Of a stretch of 43,925 bases of DNA, positions 17,820 through 24,007 are shown piece by piece (the stretch's first letter is position 1; every line of letters starts with the position of its first letter). The notes below the pieces were generated by a model, which was given only the letters and a program-made list of their open reading frames with translations, searched no databases and was not told the DNA's origin. Source of the stretch: a virus; IMG/VR virus record IMGVR_UViG_3300044771_000011, positions 1-43,925 of that record; one strand, written 5' to 3'. The position numbers and the translations under genes are program-made.

Positions 17820-18187
17820 GTAAATTCTTTAAAGGAACTGAATTTGCCTGCAATGGCCCAGAATGTGAAGGATTAATCAACGTAGGCAACGGTATTAGTC
17901 CTCGCTTAATGAATGTTCTGGACGCCATTAGAGAGCGTATAGGACAACCTATCTATATCAACTCTGGTTACAGATGCCCTGTGCATAATAAAGAAGTTGG
18001 AGGAGTTACTAATTCCCAACATGTTGACGGTACTGCAGCTGATTTAAATTATGACGGTATAGATGTTGATTACCTTGCGCAAGTAGCAGAAGAATGTGGT
18101 GCTGATGGTATAGGTAAATATTGGTCGCAAGGATTCGTGCATGTTGACGTGAGGGGTTATGCTGCAAGGTGGAGTGAAAATGATTAG
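17816..18187 (+). CDS. Endolysin, peptidase M15 family (single catalytic domain, no wall-binding domain)
   Basis: SGYRCPVHNKEVGGVTNSQHVDGTAADL and FVHVDVR match the zinc-binding H/D/H motifs of M15A/M15C D-Ala-D-Ala and L-Ala-D-Glu peptidases. 123 aa. Confidence 0.8.
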   Translation: MSKFFKGTEFACNGPECEGLINVGNGISPRLMNVLDAIRERIGQPIYINSGYRCPVHNKEVGGVTNSQHVDGTAADLNYDGIDVDYLAQVAEECGADGIGKYWSQGFVHVDVRGYAARWSEND

Positions 18188-18557
18188 TGAAGTGAGGGAA
18201 TATATAAATGCAAATAAGAAGAACATTATCATTATTTGTGTGTTGCTTATTGTTATTGTCGTTGCCTGGGATGTGTTCGGCAGCAAGTTATCAAATACAG
18301 GATCAGGAGCTGATACAGCTAGACAACAACTTAACACTGTTATCAATCAACAATCAGAATCTATTAATACAATTAAAACAGTCGAAACAGGACTTGGGAA
18401 TAGCATCAAGTCAGTTGGAACAATTGAAAGCACAGTTGATCACGCTACAGTTACAAACTCAAACAGCATTGCAACAGCAACAGACAGCGCAAGCATCATT
18501 GCAGACTGCCAACGCATCCTTAAATCAGTACGAGAAAGAGACAAAAGCAAAAATTAG
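18180..18557 (+). CDS. Type II membrane protein downstream of the endolysin (i-spanin-like candidate)
   Basis: AAGGTGGAG SD lies 5 nt before ATG 18180, and the ORF overlaps the endolysin stop. N-terminal TM segment NIIIICVLLIVIVVAWDVF. Third-position GC is about 26% by hand count, typical for this genome. Confidence 0.5.
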   Translation: MISEVREYINANKKNIIIICVLLIVIVVAWDVFGSKLSNTGSGADTARQQLNTVINQQSESINTIKTVETGLGNSIKSVGTIESTVDHATVTNSNSIATATDSASIIADCQRILKSVRERDKSKN

Positions 18558-18621
18558 ATCAGTTGCTTTGCAACGAGATATTGCTATTGTGGGAATAGTT
18601 GCAATGTTCTTTAGGAAATAA
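18208..18621 (+). CDS. Overprinted ORF in the +1 frame: signal-like N-terminus, coiled coil, C-terminal TM (spanin-like candidate)
   Basis: 137 codons open in an AT-rich genome. GAGGGA lies 9 nt upstream. N-terminus MQIRRTLSLFVCCLLLLSLPGMCSAAS, heptad Q/L-rich core, C-terminus IAIVGIVAMFFRK. Extends 64 nt beyond the overlapping ORF. Confidence 0.4.
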   Translation: MQIRRTLSLFVCCLLLLSLPGMCSAASYQIQDQELIQLDNNLTLLSINNQNLLIQLKQSKQDLGIASSQLEQLKAQLITLQLQTQTALQQQQTAQASLQTANASLNQYEKETKAKIRSVALQRDIAIVGIVAMFFRK

Positions 18622-18733
18622 TTTTTAAACCTCTCGAATTCGACGGGTTTAGATTTGCCACCGACATCAATGTCGGCGACAACCATCCGGGAATATAGGA
18701 CAGTTCAACCGTTCAGTTTTATTTAATAGTTCA

Positions 18734-18773
18734 AAAGCCGTCTGCCTTTAATTAGGTTGACGGCTTTTTTGTT
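18734..18773 (+). terminator. Rho-independent terminator closing the late (virion plus lysis) operon
   Basis: AAAGCCGTC, 16-nt loop, GACGGCTTT, then TTTTGTTT. Confidence 0.7.
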
Positions 18774-18831
18774 TAACTACTTAGTATATGCAATTAACTG
18801 ACAAATTATACTATCGTTTTAAAAATAATTA

Positions 18832-18976
18832 TGTTATAATAAATAAAACACCTAACAACTCTAGTAAAGTCGTTAGGCAAGTTTACCCTCGGTCAGGAGG
18901 GCTAGGTAATTAAGTTACCCGTATTGTAACATACAACCTCCTGCCGAGTCAATAATTTGGTAGGAGGTTTTTTATA
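18832..18976 (+). promoter_or_regulatory. Extended -10 promoter plus a roughly 130-nt structured leader with mutually exclusive terminator and antiterminator helices
   Basis: Promoter TGTTATAAT at 18832-18840. Hairpins at 18851-18877, 18886-18901 and 18905-18919. Terminator pairs 18935-18948 with 18956-18969, followed by a T-run. Alternative helix pairs 18888-18900 with 18937-18948. Confidence 0.5.
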
Positions 18977-19396
18977 TTGAAAGAAGTAAATGTATTTAAA
19001 AACAAGACTATGGTTGATACTAGGGATGATTTAAGGATAATTTATTTTTTAATCAAGAAAGATAAGGTTGTATATGTTGGTCAATCAAACGTTGGATTAT
19101 CTAGGATTTATCAACATGTGGTTGCAAATAAAAAGGATTTTGATTCGTTTAGTTATATTAAAGTTAATAATGATGAAGACTTAGACCTATTAGAAGCTGA
19201 TTACATTATAAAGTTTGACCCTATTTATAACCTTAAAATACACAGTAATAAATATTATAAATCATTAGATTCAATAAAGAAAATATTAAACATTGGCAAA
19301 AATGATTTAAATAAAATTATCAGACACAAAGAAATAAAGCCTGTGTTTTCTGGGGTATATGATATAAGAGATTTTCCTTGTGAGGTTGAATTATGA
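18977..19396 (+). CDS. GIY-YIG domain protein with a C-terminal HTH-like tail
   Basis: RIIYFLIKKDKVVYVGQSNVGLSRIYQH...LLEADYIIKFDPIYN keeps the Y, Y-x-G, R, E and N positions of GIY-YIG nucleases. TTG start lies 8 nt after AGGAGG. Confidence 0.5.
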   Translation: MKEVNVFKNKTMVDTRDDLRIIYFLIKKDKVVYVGQSNVGLSRIYQHVVANKKDFDSFSYIKVNNDEDLDLLEADYIIKFDPIYNLKIHSNKYYKSLDSIKKILNIGKNDLNKIIRHKEIKPVFSGVYDIRDFPCEVEL

Positions 19397-20199
19397 TTAA
19401 ACAAGGAAGTAAATTATTGTTAGACGAACAGCCATTAGTAGTATTGCCACAATTAGCAAAATTAATAGGGTTAAACGAAGCTATAATTGTTCAGCAAATT
19501 CATTATTGGAATGAAATAAATAAAAAAAATAACAATAATTTTAGAGATGGATATCATTGGACTTTTAATTCTTATCAACAATGGATAGAACAATTTCCTT
19601 TTTGGTCAGAAAAAACAATTAAAAGAACAATAACCGGATTAGAGAACATTGGAATAATAGTAAGTGGTAATTATAACAAGATGAAAATAGACAGAACAAA
19701 ATGGTATAGAATTGATGAGAAAATGCTTGAAAAGCTATGTAAAACACCAAAAGGTCAAAATGACCCGATCATAAGGTCAAGTTGTCCCGATCATAAGGTC
19801 AAGTTGTCCCCGCCAATACCAGAGACTAATTCAAAGATTAATTCAAAGAATAATATTAATGCGTCATCGCCAACGAATGACGGTTGTGGATATGTGGATA
19901 ACTTTACGGAGGATGGACAAATAGTATACGACTACTTTATTGGAAAATATTTTCTGACAATGGGAAGTCAACACCCATCTGTTAATCAAAGTACCGTTAA
20001 CAGCATTAACAAAATAATGGAAGATGAATATATAACCGATCCAGAATTTGATAATGAACTATCAATTGATATTAATGCAATGATAGATATGATTGATTGG
20101 TATTTTGATAGTAATAATCCTTTGTACGGTGACAGAAGAATATACCACTTTCTAAGTCCAATGATATTGAAGAATCTGTATAATAAAGTTGCACGTTGA
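19393..20199 (+). CDS. Replication initiator / replisome-organiser-like winged-helix protein carrying its own iterons
   Basis: The N-terminus LVVLPQLAKLIGLNEAIIVQQIHYW...FPFWSEKTIKRTITGLENIGII...RTKWYRID is typical of Firmicute phage/plasmid initiators. Tandem 22-bp repeats lie inside the gene. Confidence 0.5.
   Translation: MIKQGSKLLLDEQPLVVLPQLAKLIGLNEAIIVQQIHYWNEINKKNNNNFRDGYHWTFNSYQQWIEQFPFWSEKTIKRTITGLENIGIIVSGNYNKMKIDRTKWYRIDEKMLEKLCKTPKGQNDPIIRSSCPDHKVKLSPPIPETNSKINSKNNINASSPTNDGCGYVDNFTEDGQIVYDYFIGKYFLTMGSQHPSVNQSTVNSINKIMEDEYITDPEFDNELSIDINAMIDMIDWYFDSNNPLYGDRRIYHFLSPMILKNLYNKVAR
19764..19807 (+). repeat. Two perfect tandem 22-bp direct repeats (iterons, candidate origin), plus a degenerate copy at 19742-19763
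   Basis: CCCGATCATAAGGTCAAGTTGT occurs twice in tandem. The 22-bp period is not a multiple of 3, so the same DNA is read in two frames (DPIIRSS / PDHKVKL). Confidence 0.8.
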
Positions 20200-20299
20200 C
20201 AACAACAATCCAACAATATAAAGGGGTACTAAAAAAGGGTTCTATGATTAAGACGCACCATTCTTGCGTAATATTATTACTAATAAGGAGAGTTGTACC

Positions 20300-20602
20300 A
20301 TGAAAAAATATTACGGACTAAGCCAATCAGCAAAACAGAAGGCGTTAGATTTTATTGATTTGTTACAAGAAAAATTTCCAAGAACATTTCCGAAAAAACC
20401 AGACTCAAAAGTACCATTGATGATTGGAATTCATGAACAATTATTGCTAATTAAAGACGAATTAGGCGTTGAAGAAAAGACAATTATAAATGCTATGAAG
20501 TTATGGTGTAAAGGTGCTAGATATTATACTGTTTTATCTGTTGCGGGTGTTCCAAGGTTAAATTTAAATGGGGAACAGGTAGGTTTAGTTACAGAAAAAT
20601 AA
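20300..20602 (+). CDS. ProQ/FinO-domain RNA-binding protein
   Basis: LQEKFPRTFP...PLMIGIHEQL...AMKLWCKGARYYTVL...GVPRLNLNGEQVGLVTE aligns by eye with the E. coli ProQ N-terminal FinO domain (ERFPHCF...PLKIGIFQDL...ALRLYTSSWRYL...RVDLDGNPCGEL). AAGGAG SD. Confidence 0.65.
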   Translation: MKKYYGLSQSAKQKALDFIDLLQEKFPRTFPKKPDSKVPLMIGIHEQLLLIKDELGVEEKTIINAMKLWCKGARYYTVLSVAGVPRLNLNGEQVGLVTEK

Positions 20603-20806
20603 ACGATTGGACATAGATTAAAATATTCACTACCAATAATTGATAGAAAAATAGAAGATTTATATTTATCCGTTAGAGCCTACAATCTTTTGAAGCGTGA
20701 AGGGATTAAATTTGAGTCAGACATTAAAAATAGAATTGACTCTCTTGGTGGTATTATGGGCATGGGAAAGAAAAGTCTAGAAGAAATAAAATCAGCATTA
20801 AAATAA
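20603..20806 (+). other. RNA polymerase alpha-subunit C-terminal-domain-like (helix-hairpin-helix) coding segment, in frame behind the TAA of the ProQ/FinO gene, with no start codon or SD of its own
   Basis: Translation IEDLYLSVRAYNLLKREGIKFESDIKNRIDSLGGIMGMGKKSLEEIKSALK compares with E. coli alpha-CTD [51 protein letters not shown]. The first in-frame canonical start is TTG 20690, inside the domain. Confidence 0.6.
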
Positions 20807-20811
20807 CTTTC

Positions 20812-20840
20812 TCCTGCTCACCCCGAGCAGGATTTTTTTT
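20812..20840 (+). terminator. Rho-independent terminator
   Basis: TCCTGCTC, 5-nt loop, GAGCAGGA, then T8. Confidence 0.75.
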
Positions 20841-20890
20841 ATTTCTGTCCAATATAACAACAACGACAACAATTAAAAAAGGATGATATT

Positions 20891-21334
20891 ATGAAATCAT
20901 TACCTAAAATCGCTGCCGAATTGTCAGTACCTATAGCAACGCTCAGATATCGCCTACAAGCGTTCAATGAGTTTATTACATACTCTGTTAACGGAAAGAA
21001 CGGAAAAGAGTACAGTGAGGATGTAGAGTGCATTATAAAGGAAATCAATTCGTACTGTGACCAGAAGAAATCTACAGAAGAGATAATATCATTATTAGCA
21101 ACAAAATATGCCCGTGATATAGAAATTATAGAGGACACAACAGAAACAACAACAATACAACAACATGATTCTACTGAACTAATAAGATTGAATAACAACT
21201 TAGAAAAGATGATTGAACGACTTGATCGGCAACAAGAACTTCAACAACAGATTAATGAGATGAGACTGGCAATATCAGAAATAAGTAGAGTTGGCAGGCA
21301 TAAGAAGAACTGGTTTAGCTGGTTGTGGGGATAG
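20891..21334 (+). CDS. HTH (MerR-like) DNA-binding protein with a C-terminal coiled coil
   Basis: N-terminus LPKIAAELSVPIATLRYRLQAF, then the heptad-rich LIRLNNNLEKMIERLDRQQELQQQINEM. Confidence 0.45.
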   Translation: MKSLPKIAAELSVPIATLRYRLQAFNEFITYSVNGKNGKEYSEDVECIIKEINSYCDQKKSTEEIISLLATKYARDIEIIEDTTETTTIQQHDSTELIRLNNNLEKMIERLDRQQELQQQINEMRLAISEISRVGRHKKNWFSWLWG

Positions 21335-21353
21335 TTGTCCCCCTTTATTTTTT
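21327..21353 (+). terminator. Rho-independent terminator overlapping the stop codon of the previous gene
   Basis: GGGGA, 6-nt loop, TCCCC, then CTTTATTTTTT. Confidence 0.55.
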
Positions 21354-21355
21354 AC

Positions 21356-21385
21356 TTGACCGTCATGACTGGGTCATGATACAAT
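21356..21385 (+). promoter_or_regulatory. Promoter with a perfect inverted-repeat operator in its spacer
   Basis: TTGACC, 18 nt, TACAAT. The spacer contains TCATGAC-tgg-GTCATGA (21363-21379). The downstream gene encodes an RHH protein. Confidence 0.6.
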
Positions 21386-21404
21386 ACAAATAAGGGGTGA
21401 TACT

Positions 21405-21560
21405 ATGGAAGAAAAAGATACGGACATTGTCCCTATCCAAATTAAGTTAGAACGTAGATTAAGGAAAAAATTTAAGGACAAATGTAAGGACAAAGATATT
21501 CATTATGCTCAATGGGTTAGGGGTAAAATTAAAGAATATGTGGAGGATGATAAACAATGA
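21405..21560 (+). CDS. Ribbon-helix-helix (CopG/Arc-like) regulator
   Basis: 51 aa. VPIQIKLERRLRKKFKDKCKDKDIHYAQWVRGKIKEYV fits a beta-strand plus two helices. AAGGGGTGA SD. Confidence 0.55.
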   Translation: MEEKDTDIVPIQIKLERRLRKKFKDKCKDKDIHYAQWVRGKIKEYVEDDKQ

Positions 21561-21736
21561 ATCCTCATAATAGCGTAACTACTGCAATTAGGAATGGAGA
21601 ATTAATTAAACATAACGAATGTTTTAGATGTGGATTAGAAACAGATAAATTAGAAGCACACCACAACGACTACAATAAACCATTAGAAGTTGAATGGTTA
21701 TGCAAGAACAAAGCGATAATAAAAGAAGTAATATAA
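21557..21736 (+). CDS. HNH-motif fragment (N-terminal part only, lacks the distal CxxH)
   Basis: ECFRCGLETDKLEAHHNDYNKPLEVEWLC, then premature divergence (KNKAIIKEVI, stop). ATGA overlap with the RHH gene. Confidence 0.4.
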   Translation: MNPHNSVTTAIRNGELIKHNECFRCGLETDKLEAHHNDYNKPLEVEWLCKNKAIIKEVI

Positions 21737-21870
21737 ATATAACTTACAAAGGAGAAACCGAAAATTTAAAACAATGGTCAAAAAAACTTGGGGTAAATTA
21801 TAATAGTTTATATGCTAGGATATTTAAATATAAATGGGATATTCAAAAAACATTTACCGTTAATAATTAA
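21694..21870 (+). CDS. C-terminal fragment paralogous to the 3-prime end of the gene at 27467-27880
   Basis: RSNINITYKGETENLKQWSKKLGVNYNSLYARIFKYKW compares with RSNINITYNGKTQTITQWSNELGININTLRYRLFYSKW. The DNA also aligns (AGAAG-AATATAAATATAAC). Overlaps the previous ORF in another frame. Confidence 0.4.
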   Translation: MVMQEQSDNKRSNINITYKGETENLKQWSKKLGVNYNSLYARIFKYKWDIQKTFTVNN

Positions 21871-21900
21871 ATATAAATTTTTAAGGGAGGATGAAAAATA

Positions 21901-22095
21901 ATGGAAAGATCGTATATTACATACACAGTAGCCGAATTGATTGAAAATAACCTATTCGAAAAAGCTTGTATAATTAAAAACATTAATTCTGATGGTATGA
22001 AAGAAGCAATGCCAAACGACATATTAGATTTTACACAAGAAGAATATTTAAAACTTACAGAAGGGTTTAGGAATACTGATTTTGAAAATGCGTAA
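21901..22095 (+). CDS. Hypothetical early protein
   Basis: 64-aa ORF with a GGGAGGATGA SD. Confidence 0.5.
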   Translation: MERSYITYTVAELIENNLFEKACIIKNINSDGMKEAMPNDILDFTQEEYLKLTEGFRNTDFENA

Positions 22096-22136
22096 CAATG
22101 AGACAGATTAACAATTGAGAAGGGGATGGGGAGTAG

Positions 22137-22328
22137 ATGAAAGACAGTTTAATTGTTTGCTTTGAAAAAGGTTTAACGCTATTATTTTCAGACAGTGATA
22201 ATGTTAACGGTTTACAAACTTGGTTTCAATTTAATAACGAATCTAAAACTATTAATATTGTAGAAAATGATAACGAATATATCATAAATAGAGAAAAAAT
22301 ATGTTATATGGTATTGTGTGCACGATAA
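22137..22328 (+). CDS. Hypothetical early protein
   Basis: 63-aa ORF with GAGAAGGGGATGGGGAG upstream. Confidence 0.45.
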   Translation: MKDSLIVCFEKGLTLLFSDSDNVNGLQTWFQFNNESKTINIVENDNEYIINREKICYMVLCAR

Positions 22329-22369
22329 CCAGGCAATCCAAACATAAAACGGAAAGGGATGAAAAGTAG

Positions 22370-22552
22370 ATGAAGATGAATTTTTTTGAGTGTGAAATAT
22401 ATATGTTTGGTACCACTCATACAATAATTGTACAAACTGAACATACGTTAAAAGAAATCAAGAGTGATCGGAATTTACACGAAAAATTAGTTAAAGATGC
22501 AATGTTAAAAGGAAAGATACATGTCCAGTCTTACATAGAACAAATTGATTAA
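22370..22552 (+). CDS. Hypothetical early protein
   Basis: 60-aa ORF with GGAAAGGGATGA upstream. Confidence 0.4.
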   Translation: MKMNFFECEIYMFGTTHTIIVQTEHTLKEIKSDRNLHEKLVKDAMLKGKIHVQSYIEQID

Positions 22553-22580
22553 ATATGATGAATGAGGGGGAGGCAGAGAG

Positions 22581-22865
22581 ATGAACAATCCAGAGGCATA
22601 CATTGACCATTTAGAGAAGCGAATGGAGGCATATGCAAAAGAAAATACCAAACTAAAAGCAGAGTTGCAGACGATACGGAAACGGCTGAAAGAGATTGAA
22701 TGGGTAGAAAAATATGATACCAATTTTGTTATATTAACATTCTGCCCTGCTTGTGGCGTAGATAAACGGCATTATGATTTTGAGACTAAAACATGGTTAG
22801 ATAACCAACACGAAGAAGGATGTTGGCTTAAAGCTGAGATTGATAAATTGGAGGATGTAGAGTAG
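22581..22865 (+). CDS. Hypothetical protein with a coiled coil and a CxxC motif
   Basis: 94 aa with GAGGGGGAGG upstream. Contains FCPACGV...EEGCW. Confidence 0.5.
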   Translation: MNNPEAYIDHLEKRMEAYAKENTKLKAELQTIRKRLKEIEWVEKYDTNFVILTFCPACGVDKRHYDFETKTWLDNQHEEGCWLKAEIDKLEDVE

Positions 22866-23192
22866 ATGGATGCTAAAATAATAGCTAAACTGTTAAAAAC
22901 ATTGCCAACATGCGAACATAATATAGAATTAACTCGACCAGAAAACGAAAACGTACATTTAAATTATGGATGGGCAAATTCGATTGCAGACTACATAGAA
23001 CAGCAAGACAAGAGAATAAAGGAATTAGAAAAATATGCTGAGTTGGGGCGGTTGGCGGTAGAAGGTGCGGACGAATGCCATTGCAAATTCGAACGCAACG
23101 TAAAAACAGGTGAATGTGATAATTGTTGTTTTGAATCATTCTGCCAACTACGCGCCGAATTACTGACTGAGGAGGAAAATAAGAATGCGTGA
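22866..23192 (+). CDS. Hypothetical Cys-rich protein
   Basis: 108 aa. Contains DECHCKFERNVKTGECDNCCFESFC. Starts right after the previous stop codon. Confidence 0.5.
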   Translation: MDAKIIAKLLKTLPTCEHNIELTRPENENVHLNYGWANSIADYIEQQDKRIKELEKYAELGRLAVEGADECHCKFERNVKTGECDNCCFESFCQLRAELLTEEENKNA

Positions 23193-23649
23193 GATAAAGT
23201 TTCGTGTATTTGATAATGATTTGAAAAATTTGCCCGGGATGTGTATGCATGTTTGCGGTGAGGACGAGCACGATTCAATTGTTTTTTTTGACAATATAGT
23301 GACTTATTACAACCTACAAAATGGATGCGGAAGTTTAAAGGATGATGATGGTAATAGTACATATGTATTAATGCAATACACAGGCTTAAAAGATAAAAAC
23401 GGTGTGGGGATTTATGAGGGCGATATAGTTAAACTATGGATGTTTGATTATGATGTTTGCCCCGATAATCCTCCAGCAACATATAGGGGTAACTATGAAG
23501 TTTATTTTGATAAAAACGAAAGTATGTACACTGTTAGAAATAGCAATGAAGATTTTTCGCCCAATCAAATAGGATGTTTTAAGTTGGAAGTAATCGGAAA
23601 CATCCACCAAAATTCAGAATTACTGGATGAGGGGAAGGAGCATGATTAA
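23185..23649 (+). CDS. YopX-family protein
   Basis: MREIKFRVFD...LMQYTGLKDKNGVGIYEGDIV matches the conserved YopX N-terminal and central motifs. Confidence 0.65.
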   Translation: MREIKFRVFDNDLKNLPGMCMHVCGEDEHDSIVFFDNIVTYYNLQNGCGSLKDDDGNSTYVLMQYTGLKDKNGVGIYEGDIVKLWMFDYDVCPDNPPATYRGNYEVYFDKNESMYTVRNSNEDFSPNQIGCFKLEVIGNIHQNSELLDEGKEHD

Positions 23650-24007
23650 AAAAGCATGGATAGTAACTGATAATAGTGAAGAGTTTGATGTTGTTGTTTT
23701 TGAAGAAACCAGAGGACAAGCAAAGCAAACAGGAATTATTGACTTGGAAAATTCATGTGGTGTTACTGATAACTTTATTGGTATTAAGGCGAGACGCGCC
23801 AAAAAATATGATATTTATACTGATAAAGGTGAAGTCCCTACAGATGTATTGATTAGTGATGGATGGCATCTTACTTGTCATGGTGAAAACTGCGGAATGA
23901 CAATTAGTAGTAGCTTGATAGAAAATTGCGGTGCTGGCGTAATTAATGGTCATCCTTATTGTGGTAAATGCATTGATAAAAGTGGAGGTGTGACTCATGC
24001 AAGATAG
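23642..24007 (+). CDS. Hypothetical Cys-rich protein
   Basis: ORF MIKKAWIVTDN...CHGENCG...CGKC. An alternative upstream ATG lies at 23627. Confidence 0.45.
   Translation: MIKKAWIVTDNSEEFDVVVFEETRGQAKQTGIIDLENSCGVTDNFIGIKARRAKKYDIYTDKGEVPTDVLISDGWHLTCHGENCGMTISSSLIENCGAGVINGHPYCGKCIDKSGGVTHAR

Noticed and set aside
18622-18733. Structured 3-prime UTR after the lysis genes (AAACC-TCGAATTCGA-GGTTT and CCGACA-tcaa-TGTCGG hairpins) considered as a tRNA or small RNA gene
   Set aside because: It has no cloverleaf, no T-loop or anticodon-loop consensus and no promoter of its own. It is most simply stabilising structure upstream of the operon terminator. I saw no tRNA-like or CRISPR-like sequence elsewhere either; this was a scan by eye only.
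20600-20602. Genome-wide stop-codon reassignment as an explanation for the in-frame TAA
   Set aside because: All large genes are intact under the standard code, and many of them terminate with TAA at sensible positions. This interruption is therefore local.
21333-21342. AGTTGTCCC(C) shared by the iterons (19802-19811), the terminator at 21333-21342 and, inverted, 38511-38520
   Set aside because: Ten-base matches are expected by chance at this genome size. At 21333 the word is simply one arm of a GGGGA/TCCCC terminator hairpin.
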